Notes under the pieces: model-generated
Databases searched by the model: none
What the model was told of the DNA's origin: nothing
Seen by the model: only the letters and a program-made list of their open reading frames with translations
Program-made: the position numbers and the translations under genes
Part shown: positions 12,071-25,240 of the stretch, piece by piece
Position numbering within the stretch: position 1 is the first letter of the stretch
Layout of the letters: each line of letters opens with the position of its first letter
Assembly (NCBI RefSeq): GCF_006345805.1
Contig: NW_021835956.1
Coordinates: forward strand, 106,372 to 170,371
Length of the DNA: 64,000 bases
Direction of reading: 5' to 3'
From: Octopus sinensis
Lineage: Eukaryota

Positions 12071-12524
12071 TTATCTATCTTAAATGCAGTAAATATATTT
12101 ACAAGAAAGAGAAAAAACTATTTCCAGTAGTCTGCAAACTGCATTTCTGATTTTCAATTGGATTTTCTTAGATTTTCTATTCAGTCAATTCCTAACAGAA
12201 TAAATGGATGACTTTTGATGCAGGTATTTGCCACTTGTCTTATGAATAATACATTATACAATTTTGAAGTAAATCTCATGGAGAAAATTTTAATGAAGAC
12301 ACTAAATGCTATTGTTAGTCACGGTCGTTTCTATCAGATGGCATATTCACATGAAATATTAAAATGGGTTATTTATTAATTCTTCTGACAGAGGAATTGA
12401 TCACAACACAGTAAAGTATCCAACTACTCATCAGATTTAACCTTGGCTTCTCTTTTCTTACTTGCACTTTCTCAAGATTTTTTTTTATTATTTTCATTTA
12501 TACACATGTTGCCATGTAGGTACT

Positions 12525-12690
12525 AGCATGGTTGTGTGCTAAGAAGTTTGCTTCCCAACCACATAGCTCTAGGTTCAGTCCCACTGTGTGGCATTTTAGG
12601 CAAGAGTTTTCCACAATAACCACCAGCCGAGCAAATCCTTGTGAGTGGATATGGTAGACAGAAATTGAAGGAAGCCTGCCATTTGTGTGT
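12525..12690 (+). mobile_element. SINE family A, 5' half
   Basis: GGTTGTGTGCTAAGAAGTTTGCTTCCCAACCACATAGCTCTAGGTTCAGTCCC. Confidence 0.8.
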
Positions 12691-12697
12691 GCATGTA

Positions 12698-12736
<39 letters not shown>

Positions 12737-12954
12737 ACAATAATATTAGGGAGTATAACTCCAAACTTTCAGGGAAAAATTCAATTTAGTATTAAATCAA
12801 ATTTCACAGTATAAATATATAAAATATATAAAAGAGTTTATATTTTGAGTTGCATAATAGTGGTTTTATCTCTAATTTATATTTTATATATATGTATATA
12901 TATATATGTGTGTGTGTGTGTGTTTGTGTGTAAATATATACATATTTATATATC

Positions 12955-13261
12955 ACCGTGATCTCCATGACCGACCAGGCTATCAGATGTTGCTACACAT
13001 CACTGGTCACAATGCTTCACATTGTTTTAGCCTTCAAATGACGCCACCCCACTGGTTAAGTGAGTAGGCCAACAGAAGAAAGAGTGAGAGAAAGTTGTGG
13101 CAAAAGAATACAGCTGGGATCGCCACCTACCCCTGCCAGAGCCTCGTGGAGCTTTAGGTGTTTTCGCTCAATAAATACTCACAATGCCCAGTCTGGGAAT
13201 TGAAACCGCAATCCTACAACTGCGAGTCTGCTGCTCTAACCACTGGCCATTGTGCCTCCAC
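12955..13261 (-). mobile_element. tRNA-derived SINE (family C, body type 2)
   Basis: Same first ~190 nt as 3683-4069 but a different 3' body; that body matches the degenerate copy at 21225-21450 (+). Confidence 0.8.
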
Positions 13262-14158
13262 ATTTATATATAGTTAGGTTACATTCTGTTAAAAACATAG
13301 TAGAGTACAGTATCAAGCTTGCCCACCTTCAGAGTTTGCCCTGTGATAACCAACAGTAGTATAATTCCTACTGCTAGATTTGCATTGGGGCTTCTGTAGC
13401 GTGTGAATGGATAATTGAATAAGTTGTGAGATCTTGTTGTTGAGACACGATGCAGGGAAACAGTTACATAACCAAATACCTGCAAATCTGAAGAACTATG
13501 TTGCATAGAAACAATTGTAGTGATTACAAATAAATGCTCCTCTGTATAAGCGTATATGTGAGTGTATTTGTGAAATAGTACAACTTAGCATGTGCAACCT
13601 AGCATGTGAAACAAAGTGGACAGCCAGTGCATCCAATGCCACCCATGTCAAGCATGCAGTGGCATGTTGACAGTGAGCAGATTGGAATTGCCAGCGTCTG
13701 CTAGATTCAAAAGAGCCAGTTGCATGTGTTAGCATCAAAGCCAAAGATTTACTAACAGGGACAGCGATTACATATCATGTGAGGAGATGCATCTGGATCC
13801 CATTATATAGGCAAACCATTGCTTAATTTAAATCCTGTGTATATGTATATCTATGTGGTATCGAAACATGTGTAGTGTTCGTTAAATGGCTGTCTGGACA
13901 TACTCATTCTTGACTATATTTATTCAATTTTATGAGTGTTTGTGTGTATGTGTGTGTGTGTGTGTGTAATTGTTTTGGGGTTTGTCTCACAGCACCACTT
14001 GGCAACTAGTGTTGCTAAAAGAGACTGGTAGAATAAGTAACAGACTTTAAAAAGAAAAGGACTTGGGTTAATTTGTTCAATTAAACCCTTTAAGGTGATG
14101 CCCCAGAATGGCCAGAGTCTAATGACTGACATAAAAAAAAAGATAAACGATATCTTAA

Positions 14159-14392
14159 GGCAGCGAGCTGGCAGAAACGTTAGCACACTGGGCGAAATGC
14201 ATAGCCGTATTTCGTCTGTCGTTACGTTCCAAGTTAAAATTCCTCGAAGGTCAACTTTGCCTTTCATCCTTTCGGGGTCGATAAATTAAGTACCAGTTAC
14301 GCACTTGGGTCGATGTAATCGACTTAATCCGTTTGTCTGTCCTTGTTTGTCCCCTCTGTGTTTAGCCTCTTGTGGGTAGTAAAGAAATAGAT
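14159..14392 (+). mobile_element. tRNA-derived SINE family B
   Basis: GAGCTGGCAGAAACGTTAGCAC...GTCAACTTTGCCTTTCATCCTTTCGGGGTCGATAAATTAAGTACCAG. The central body resembles RTE-5'UTR-derived SINE bodies (Sauria/Ceph type; recalled, not aligned). Confidence 0.8.
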
Positions 14393-14461
14393 ATCTTTTA
14401 TCTTTTATTTGCTACAGTCATTTTTTTTATTAATCTCTGATGTTTTACAACAATTACTTAA

Positions 14462-14683
14462 CCCTTTCGCTACTGTATTTCTGTTGAGATACTCTGTGTT
14501 TCTTTCAATTAATTTTAAATATAACAAAGAATTTAGTAAAATAACTCAGCTATCATTCAGCTAGTGTTAGGAACATAAATTATGACTAAGGTTTGGTGGA
14601 AGATTTTAATTCAAAACTTATGAAAACAAGACATTTGTACTACAGAGCCAGAGCCAGTTTCAGCCAGGCTGGTATCAAAAGGG
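14462..14683. mobile_element. piggyBac-like MITE
   Basis: TTAA-CCCTTTCGCTAC...GTATCAAAAGGG-TTGA: degenerate TIRs with TTAA-like flanks. Confidence 0.5.
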
Positions 14684-14841
14684 TTGAAGAGTGTGTAATC
14701 ATATATTTCTTTAAAAAAAATGAAAAATGTAACTTTGTTTTGCAACATGTTTGCTTTATCAATTTTTTCAATCTATGCTTGCATGGAAAATGAACATAAA
14801 ATTATTATGAAGATGATGATGGTGATGATGATACATACACA

Positions 14842-14873
<32 letters not shown>

Positions 14874-14916
14874 CACACAACACACATGCACACACATATA
14901 GAAAGAGAGAGAAATT

Positions 14917-14960
<44 letters not shown>

Positions 14961-15455
14961 CAGTGTGCATGTGTGTGTGTGAGAGAGAGAGAGAGGAAGA
15001 TATAATTTTGAGTCAGTGGAAATCATGCATAGTACTGTTTCATTCTTTTCAGAAATTATCTGAGATATATTAATTAAACATTTTATGAAGCAAGGTATTT
15101 CACATAGATAGAAAATAATACAACAGTCCGAAATAAATTCATGAATATGTGCTTTTCTTTCTTTATAGAGTTTAGCAATCAAGAGTTTAGCAATCAAGAG
15201 AAAACACAAAGAATATTGTTAGTGTCATCCATAAAAAAATAAGAACAAGTAAAAATACCCTTAATAATTAATATGGAATAGCATTTCTTATGTTACTAAT
15301 CTTTTGGTTAGGTAATCAGATTGCTTTTACCAGGAATTCATGTTCTACAGTCTCCCAAAGTGGACCACTGTTTGCAAATTTTCTTCCAAGAAGTTTACAC
15401 CTAATAATAGTGCACCTGAGCTCTGTATACAATAAGTTCATTTTTATTATCATCG

Positions 15456-15497
<42 letters not shown>

Positions 15498-15984
15498 ACT
15501 TCATGATCATCAACTTCATCATCATATTCCTAAATATTCTCATTTAGATGCACATCTGGACTCTGACCTTGCTAGAGCATCGTTTTATGGAGTTTTCTCT
15601 GACAATTTTTTGGTTGCTTTTGTATTATGGGTAACAGCATTGTTGAGTTAAAGATTACTTCATAATTCTTTTATTTTTTTTACTGGAAATGATTTTTTTT
15701 TTCAGGACAAGAAATAATTGCCTTCTGAATAATGTTAGAACTTCCAAGACAGTAATTTTCTGTATAAATCCTATCAGTTCACCAACGACTATAAATGAAA
15801 ATGTACATCTTACAATGTTTCTACCTATTCACAGTTACTGAAATCCATTCTGTATAGATTCTCTTACCATGTCTGTGAAAGGTAAAGTTCTAGATCATGA
15901 CTACAAAACTAAAATCTTGATATAAAACACCCAGGGAAGTTTCTAAAGTTTGTCTGAATCACAATCACTATACTTCCTATTTCT

Positions 15985-16370
15985 TTATGCCCACAAGGCG
16001 CTAAACATAGAGGGAACAAACAAAGAGATTAAGTTGATTACATCAATCCCAGTGTGTAACCGGTACTTAATTTATCGACCCCAAAAGGATGAAAGGCAAA
16101 CTCAACCTCGGCGGAATTTGAACTGAGAACATAACAGCAGATGAAATACTTATTTCTTTACTACCCACAAGGGGCTAAACACAGAGGAGACAAACAAGGA
16201 CAGACAAACGGATTAAGTCGATTATATCGACCCCAGTAACTGGTACTTATTTAATCGATCCTGAAGGGATGAAAGGCAGAGTCGACCTCGGTGGAATTTG
16301 AACTCAGAACGTAGCGGCAGACAAAATACCACTAAGTATTTTGCCCGGCGTGCTAATGTTTCTGCCAAAG
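15985..16370 (-). mobile_element. Two tandem copies of SINE family B
   Basis: Reverse complement of 14159-14392 present twice (about 15985-16150 and 16155-16370). Confidence 0.8.
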
Positions 16371-16722
16371 TACAGTTTCTTTAAATATTGTTTTCTTTTA
16401 GTTAACAGAGCCTTCTTAGCACTCCATTTAGCAGTAAAGTTCAGCATCTTTCAACCTTCATGTTTATAGTTCTCCCTGATCCTTTTTACTGCTGTTGTGC
16501 CTTTTGTTTTAATGAGTCAAAGGATAATAGAATCAGATATAAGCAATCAACTACATTACAGTGAGATTCTTTTCTTTTCAATAACCATTGTCACAGCTTC
16601 TGTGGAACTAAATCTATGGAAAACCTGTATGTCTATATGATACTCCAGCCTGGGCTTGTTAGAGTGGTTGTGAAAGCAATATGTTACTCTTGACATTATA
16701 AGAAAAATCTTGGAATATGGGT

Positions 16723-16880
16723 GCAGGTGTGGCTGTGTGGTAAAAAGCTTGCTTCCAAACCACATAATTTGGGGTTCAGTCTCACCACATGGCACTTTGG
16801 GCAAGTGTCTCTTACTATAGCTTCAAGCTGACCAAAGCCTTGTGAGCGCATTTGGTATACAAAAACTGAAAGAAGCCCAT

Positions 16881-16913
<33 letters not shown>

Positions 16914-17132
16914 ACGTGTGTGTTTGTGTTTATATCCCCATTGATTGACAACTGGTGTTGGTGTGCTTACATCCCTGTAACTTAACAGTTCAGCAAAAGA
17001 GACTGATCAAATAAGTTCCAGGCTTGGAAAAAAAGATAATTATCGGGTTTGATTCATTTGGCTAAAAATTCTTCAAGGCAGTGCTCCAGCATGGCCAAAG
17101 TCTAATGACTGAAACAAGTAAAAGATAAAAGA
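16723..17132 (+). mobile_element. SINE family A, full length
   Basis: GGTGTGGCTGTGTGGTAAAAAGCTTGCTTCC head, (TG)n core, CAGCATGGCC...AAACAAGTAAAAG tail. Confidence 0.85.
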
Positions 17133-17677
17133 TATATTGTATGAGAGCTATGTGTTTCTCATGCTTGATATGTTTAAAGATGTTGTCTTCCTGATTCACA
17201 CTTTATTAATTCTGTTTTACTAGAAATACTTCTCACACTCTTTTAAATTTCGTGTTTCCTAAGTTACTGTTCCTCAAACACTTCCTTCTTCACAACCTGC
17301 TTGTAGCTACTTTTTCCAGAATGTTCTCAGAGATGAAACCACTTTTCATGCCTCCTTGGTTTTCTGTGCACAATTTACCATCATTATTTTGTGTAAGATA
17401 TACACTGTTTTCTTGAATAGAAATCTTGCACCACTGCAGGCCCAAAACCCACAAAGTGACCAAATTGACTACAAATTCTAGGGTCTAAAATCACTGATGA
17501 TTTCCTACCATGGAAAACTGCCTTTCAACATCAAATTATCTTTTTCTGAGCGAGATAATATTGTAATGCTAATCGTTTATTGACACACTACAAAGCTCAA
17601 GTGTAACTCATATTAGAATGCTGCTCCCATAACCGGGACAGTGTTGTTGCTGTGATCACAAATAAATGAGACTGGAT

Positions 17678-18165
17678 CATCATCATCATCATCTTCATCG
17701 TTTAACATCCGTTTTCCATGCTAGCATGGGTTGGACAGTTTGACCGGGGTCTGGGAAGCCAGGTGGCTGCACCAGGCTCCAGTCTGTTCTGGCAGTGGTT
17801 CTACAGCTAGATGCCCTACTTAATGTCAACCACTCCGTGAGTGTAGTGGGTGCTTTTTATGTGCCACCGGCATAGGTATCACAACTACAATTTCCATTTG
17901 ATTTTTTGATGCTGATGTACTTGACTCAATAGGTCTCCTCTAGCACAGCAGGTCGCCCTACAATCTAAGGTAAGCACAGCAGGCCGTCCTGCAATCTAAG
18001 GTACTTTGGATGGGCTGGGGCTTCTCTGTGAAGCTGGTGCAGCAAACAGCCATGAACTCACGTTATTTGTCAGGTCTTCACAGTCATAGCATATCACCAG
18101 AGGTCTCGGTCTTTCGTCATTGCCTCTGTGAGGCCCAATGTTTGAAGGTCATGCTTGACCACGAA
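17678..18165 (-). mobile_element. 5'-truncated RTE copy: last ORF codons, short 3'UTR, (GAT)n tail
   Basis: Reverse complement encodes VVKHDLQTLGLTEAMTKDRDLW, then an unexpanded ~390-bp 3'UTR. Confidence 0.85.
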
Positions 18166-18474
18166 AAAAAAGTAGCCCATCCAGTGATAGATAAATATTC
18201 AGTCAGTAATATGCTACTGGACCACAGATGTGTTGATTCTTCCTTCTACAATACAACAATAGGATTTGCTGCTCTTAACTTCTTAATAGATTACCATCTC
18301 TGCCCTAGCCTACCTGATGTACTTTTTCACTATTTCTTTCATGCCACTTTTCTGCTACATGCTATCTCTCAGCTAGTAAACCCTTCACAGAATTGCACCT
18401 CTTGAATTCCTTAACCCTCAAGAATTCCCATCAATCCTGTGTTATGTTAACAGATGTTAACTGAACAAATTTAA

Positions 18475-18679
18475 CCCTTCAGCATTCAGACTTCTCTTAT
18501 TTATTCCTATTGTTTGGAATTAATCACGTGTTATCTTGTAGATTTGCGATTTTGATGATGTAATTTTTTCTTTTTAGAATGACATTGCAGGATAGGTATG
18601 AGAGGCTGGAGCAGGCCACTTTGAATATGAAGTGGGTAGAATATTTGGGCTGGACATGGCCATTTTAAATGCTAAAGAG
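18475..18679. mobile_element. piggyBac-like MITE
   Basis: TTAA-CCCTTCAGCATT...AATGCTAAAGAG-TTAC: TIRs with TTAA-like flanks. Confidence 0.55.
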
Positions 18680-19049
18680 TTACAGCTTAACATCAGCTAC
18701 ACCAATTCTACAAACCAAGGAAGGAATACAATGCTTTTAGAACACTGTTGCACCTTAGCAGCTAATCATTTTTTTCTTTTTTAATAAATTCCTTTTTTGA
18801 TATTTTTTTCTGCTTGATGCTAATTTTTTTGTTGACTTTCACTTTCTCACCTCCTTCTACCGTGGTTATTCTCCTGCTACTCTTCCTCTTCTCAGCTCCT
18901 CCTAATTACTCCTTATTATAACTTCTTATTATCCCTCTCTCTCACTCCTTCACTGTAATCTCTTCTATCACATTGCATCATATTTTCTTTACACCTCTAC
19001 TCCAACCTCCCTCATTCCTTTTCTTTCCCTCCTACCTCCTCTAACCACA

Positions 19050-20130
19050 ACTACTACTACTACTACTGATCATCTCACAACACTGCTTCCTTATTATGCT
19101 TCATTGTTTTCTGTTGCAGTCACTGCTCCTACTAGTTTTCCTACTCACTGCCATTACACAGATAGTGTTAGTCCTCTCATTACAATTCTCCCTTTTAACT
19201 TATCTCACAAAGACTACCTCATCCAATCACCACCACCACCACCATCACTACTGCCATCATCATCATCATCATCATCATCAAGATATAACAGTGATAACTA
19301 CCACCACCATCACTATCTGAAAACTACCACCACCACCACCACCACCACCATCATCACCACTGCCTACACCACACTCAACAATGCCACTATCAACTTAAAC
19401 GCTGCCTTCACCATGGCCACCACTAGTGCTAACGTCACCAACACCATTGTCATCACTACCATCACTTTAAACAACAGTACGACCACCACTACCATCATCA
19501 TTACCATCAGCAGCAGCATAAACACCAAAGCTGCCATGATTACAACCACACCACCAACAATGCCATCACTTCCACCACTACCACCATTACCACTGCCACC
19601 ACCACTACTACTGCCGCCACTGTCACCAGCACCACCACAGCCAGCAACACCGCCTCCACTACCACCACCACCACTACTACCACTACCACCACTACCAATA
19701 CCACTACCACCACTACCACCACTACCACTACCACCACTACCACCACTACCACCACTACCACCACTACCACTACCACTACTACCACTACCACTACCGTTAA
19801 CAAAAACATTAATGTCATAATAATTACCATGCAATTAGCAACAACCCCTGATAAAACTTACCACCACAAAATCACCATCATCACCAGCAGCACCATCTTA
19901 TAGAACTACCATGGCTACCCAACACAACAATGACCACCACTTCTGGCAACATCACCAACACTATGAATACAACCACAGACCAATACAACAAACATTACAG
20001 CTACCAACACCACCACCACTACAAGACTCTACATCCCCAGTATCACCACAAGCACCAACGCCACCACCAACACCATCCCAACTACCACCACCACCACCAC
20101 CACCACCACCACCACCACCACTGCATCATT
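19050..20130. repeat. About 1.1-kb degenerate (ACC/ACT/ATC)n trinucleotide low-complexity tract
   Basis: Direct inspection; strongly C-rich on the plus strand. Confidence 0.9.
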
Positions 20131-20439
20131 CGCCTTCATTAATATAACAACATGTTACCATGCATTCATTGTATCTCTTCATCTAAAACACTTTTATTTC
20201 TCCATTGGCATCATCTGAAATATTCTTCTCTCATTTAATTTTTCATTGAAACCAAAATATGGAGTATAGCACAGCTCTCTCACTATCTCTCTCTCTCTCT
20301 CTCTCTCTTTCTATCTATCTATCCCTCTCTCTCTCTCTCTCCCCCCCTCTCTCTCCTTTTCCCTCTCATCCTCTCACACACAAACACATACATTTTCTTT
20401 CAGTAATAACACTCACTGGATATATGAATGAATAATTAT

Positions 20440-20603
20440 ATATACACACACACACACACATACATATACATATATATATATATAGAAGCTCCTTCTATAT
20501 AATAAATTAATTTTACTCTACTATGTATTGGGTACCTATTTACTGTGGTTAACCCCGAATCAACCCGGGACCTACATATATATATATATATATTATATAT
20601 TAG

Positions 20604-20636
<33 letters not shown>

Positions 20637-21030
20637 AATATACTTTATATATCGAGAAAATGGGTACACACATATAGTGTATGTATGTATGTATATATGT
20701 ATATATATATATATATGTATGTATGTATATATGTATGTATATGTATACGCATATGTATTAACGTGTACAATATATGGATATATATATATATTATATATAT
20801 ATATTATATATATATATATATATATATGTGTGTATATATAATATATATGCATAGTATATATGTGTACATACATATATATATATTTATGTATATATGTATG
20901 TATATGTATATGCATATGTATATATATGTGTATATATATATATGCATATGTATATATGTATACACACACACACACACAACACACACAAATATATATATAT
21001 TATATATATATATATGTATGTATATAGAGT
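20440..21030. repeat. (TA)n/(TG)n degenerate microsatellite field
   Basis: Direct inspection. Confidence 0.9.
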
Positions 21031-21769
21031 GACAGACAGACATTAAATTAAATGCAACTGTCCATCCAAGCAGCCAGTCATCTTTATATCCCTCTAGCTT
21101 GCTTTATGAATCTATCATCTGCTATCTCTTTTATCTTTCTGAATATATAGACATGTTGTGTGTGTGTGTGTGCGCGCACGCGTGCATGTGTGTGTATGTG
21201 TGTGAAGAATGTATGAAGGCCTGCATCGTAGTGGTTAGGCTGTTGCAGTCACAATTTCTAAATTGCTGGTTCAATTCCCAGACCAGTCAGCTGATCGTGT
21301 TCTTGAACAAACATTCTTTGCATATTACTACACTCCCCTTTTCAATGGAGGGGTAATATCGGCCTGCTCATCTAGCCAATGGGGGTGGCATCAATTAATG
21401 GCTAAAATGATGTAAAGCACATTATAATCAGTGATGTGTAACATCTAATATGATATGTGTATGTGTTTTTGTGCCTATGTATATGTATACATATATTTAT
21501 AGATATGTGTGTGTATATATATATATATGTGTGCGTGTGTGTGTGTGTGCGTGTGTGCTTGTGTGTGTATGTATATATGTATGCATACATAGATATATGT
21601 ATGTTTGTGTGTGTGTGTGTGTATATATATATATGTGTGTGTAGTGTGTGTGTGTGTGTGTGTGTGCTTGTGTGTGTATTTATATATGTATGCATACATA
21701 GATATATGTATGTTTGTGTGTGTGTGTATATATATATATATATACACATTCAAAATGTGACTGCATGTG

Positions 21770-21960
21770 CACTGTTGGCGATTTTTTTTTCCTCCGTTTC
21801 CCTTCTCTGGATCTTCCTTTCCTATGTTCTGACGAAGAGCTCCACTCAAAACGTAAAACTCTCCTTCTTCCCTTCCTTCCGAGTGTCCAATAATACTATA
21901 TTTGTTCCACATCCTCGCGTGTGTGGTTTTCTCTTTGTGTTTTCAGGTTTGGATTAACTT
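21770..21960 (+). mobile_element. Penelope-like pseudo-LTR fragment with a degenerate minimal hammerhead
   Basis: GTT-CTGACGA-A-GAG-ctcca-CTC-aAAAC-GT-A-AAAC at 21826-21859. Relatives at 5634 and 49205. Confidence 0.55.
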
Positions 21961-22207
21961 TATAATTATATAATATATATATATTTTCTTTTGATTTGAT
22001 GTATATATATATATACATTTATTTGATTTGAAAAACCTCACTAGAATGGGAGAAAGCGCTAATGATTGAATGATATGATCTGAATGATATGATATAATAT
22101 GTAAAAAATGTAATATATAAATAAATATCTGTAAATATGAACCATCCGATCTTCTGATTACCTCATTTCTTCTAATATATAATACCTGTACATCATCTCC
22201 AAACCTT

Positions 22208-22245
<38 letters not shown>

Positions 22246-22262
22246 TATATATACACACACAC

Positions 22263-22482
22263 ACTGAGTGAGTGCTGAAAAGTTCCTGGATTTGGGTTGG
22301 AAAGAAATACAGGAGGATCAGTTAATTGTGATTTATTCAACATATTCTCCTCTCAGATTCACACATTGCAGTGATCCTTCAGTTTTTCCTAAGCCCTGTA
22401 AAAAAACTCAGAAGTTTGGGCCTCCTTGCATGCATTTTGCAGTACCTCTAAAGCCAGGAACTTTTGAACACCCCCTTATGTA
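22263..22482. mobile_element. Mariner-type MITE
   Basis: Imperfect TIRs GAGTGAGTGCTGAAAAGTTCCTGGATTT / AAAGCCAGGAACTTTTGAACACCCCC, with TA at the right flank. Confidence 0.65.
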
Positions 22483-22494
22483 TATATCATCATC

Positions 22495-22725
22495 ATCATC
22501 ATCAATGTCCGCTTTCCATGCTGGCATGGGTTGGACGCTTGACTGAGGACTGGCGAGCCAGATGGCTGCACTGAGCTCCAATCTGATCTGGCAGAGTTTC
22601 TACAGCTGGATGCCCTTCCTAATGTCAACAACTCTGAGAATGTAGTGAGTGCTTTTACGTGCCACCGGTATGAGGGTCAGTCAGGCAGTACTGGAATGGC
22701 CACACCTCAAATGGTGTTTTTTATG
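22495..22725 (-). mobile_element. RTE 3'UTR/tail copy
   Basis: Reverse complement of the RTE tail with a (CAT)n end. Confidence 0.8.
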
Positions 22726-22761
22726 TGCCTATATATATATATACATATATATGTATATATA

Positions 22762-22823
<62 letters not shown>

Positions 22824-23532
22824 TTAGAAAAAAAACCCTTTTATCAATTCAAAATAAACAATTAAATTACACCATCTAGAAAATTACATATAATAGAAAT
22901 ATTAAAATTAAAATAACAATAAAAAACCAATGATTAAGTAGTTGCAAAAAAATAATAAAAACGTATGTAATGGTAATATACATACAACACACACACATAT
23001 GTATATATATTATATATATTATATATATATATATACACAAATAAATGTGTGTGCACACACACATGTTGAAAATGGCTACATATTACAAAAAAAAAATTAA
23101 TAGGATAAATAGGCAGTTAGATTGCATGTATGTGAGTGCAGATATTTTTCTTTCAGAATTCCTTTTGCCATCAATTTTCTATTTGTTTGTCTATACCCTT
23201 TCATCTATTTTCTTTCTAAAGCCATCCATCTTTCTATCAATATTTACCTGCATATATTTCTCTAAATATCAATCTTTCCATCTATCTGTCTATCATTCCT
23301 TTTATAATCATTTGCAGATTGGAAAGAAGAATATGTGCATTATACTATAGTTCTATCATTTTCACATGAATTAATCATTGTGACACCTGCTGAAAAATAA
23401 ATATTCTTGGTATAAGCAAATATTGTTGCATACAGGTAATGAAATGATATACAAATACTGCTGAAATTATCCACAAAATTTAATCATCTAATGATAAATA
23501 AATCTCTCTATCTATTTCTCTCTATCTATCTC

Positions 23533-23617
<85 letters not shown>

Positions 23618-23884
23618 ATATATATATATATATATAATTATTATATATTGAATATTCCCTGTAAGTTTGGAGTTATACTCTCTATTGTTATTATTATATA
23701 TTATTATGTATTATTTATTATTATTATTATATATTATTATTATTCAGTAGTTTATTTTTATAGCGTGCTTTCATTCACTACTGAGTGCATCGTGTGTGCC
23801 TTGGGTATGTGCGTGATTGTGCTTTTTGTGATGCTCATAAATATTGTAAAACATTTGAAAGATGAAATTATCTTCAGGAGTTGC

Positions 23885-24097
23885 AGGAGTAGCTGTGTGG
23901 AAAGTAGCTTGCTTACCAAACACATGGTTCCGGGTTCAGTCCCACGTGTCGCAACTTGGGGCAAGTGTCTTCTATAGCCTCAGCCCGACCAAAGCCTTGT
24001 AAGTGGATTTGGTAGACGGAAACTGAAAAAAGCCCATTGCATGTATATATATGTGTTATATATATATCTATATATAATATATATATGTATATATGTA

Positions 24098-24141
<44 letters not shown>

Positions 24142-24200
24142 GCCCCAGCATGGCCACAGCTCGTGAGCTGAAACTAGATAAAATTAAAAGATAAAAATAA
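23885..24200 (+). mobile_element. SINE family A with expanded internal (TA)n
   Basis: Head 23885-24040; tail fragment CCCCAGCATGGCCACAGCTC at about 24142. Confidence 0.75.
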
Positions 24201-24251
24201 AATATATATATGTACATATGTATGAAATGTATGTATGTATGTATGTATATA

Positions 24252-24335
<84 letters not shown>

Positions 24336-24820
24336 ATAGTTATATATCTGTATGTGTGTGACTTAACCCCTTGCCCAAAATTACTGGCTTGGTTCAAAAT
24401 TTGAAACCAATAAATATGTGTGTATGTTTATATATGTATATATATAAATATATATATATGTATGTATATATATATATATATATATATGGTGTGTGTGTGT
24501 GTGTATGTGTATATATTTATATATAATTTTAAATTTAAAATGAGGGTGAGAAATTAGATACTAATTTAATTAACATCGATTTCACACCAGTGGTCTAGCA
24601 TAAAAAAAACTGAAGGTTCAGTATGTAAGTAAGATTGCATAATTTGTTGATAGTGTAACATGTATATGAATAATCCATTTTTTATTACTTTTTCTTTTGT
24701 CTTGCTCGATTACGTTTTGGGTTGTTTTGCTAAATTTTTCTTGGTGGTGAGACCGTAACGGATCTATTCCTAGCATATGGGTGTCCACACAGTGGTTTCC
24801 CTCTAACATATATATATATA

Positions 24821-24853
<33 letters not shown>

Positions 24854-24899
24854 CACATACATATATATATGTGTGTGTATATATATATATGAATGTATG

Positions 24900-25240
24900 C
24901 AAGGGTGGCTGTGTGGTAAGAAGTTTGCTTCCCAACCACATGGTTCCAGGTTCAGTCCTACTCTATAACACCTTTAGCAAGTGTCTTCTATAATAGCCAG
25001 AGCCTTGTGAGTGAATTTGGAAGATGGAAACTGAAAGAAATCCCCTTGAATGCATGAGTGTCTTTGTGCTGATTTTTGCCCACCATCACCACTTGACAAC
25101 TGGTGTTGGTGTATTTACATCTCCATGACTTTGGCAAAAGAGACAGGCTAAGAAAGAAAACGGACTGGGTTAATTAGTTTGATGGGGTGTACACAAGATA
25201 GTGCTCCAGCATGGCTTAAGTATTATAATGACTTAAAACA
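24900..25240 (+). mobile_element. SINE family A
   Basis: GGTGGCTGTGTGGTAAGAAGTTTGCTTCCCAACCACATGGTTCCAGGTTCAGTCC head and degenerate tail. Confidence 0.8.

Noticed and set aside
13279-13800. GC-richer unique stretch with two minus-strand ORFs
   Set aside because: No frame gave a recognisable protein or consistent splice pair; probably an old unclassified repeat.
19104-19834. 238-aa Thr/Pro-rich and Gly/Ser- or Val-rich ORFs (extensin/mucin-like)
   Set aside because: A trinucleotide low-complexity tract is open in several frames and on both strands. No splice or start context and no codon structure beyond the repeat.
24533-24810. Possible ribozyme in a TA-flanked element (GTGAGACCGTAACGGATC; GTGAAATCGATG)
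   Set aside because: Neither strand has both CUGANGA and GAAA in correct topology.
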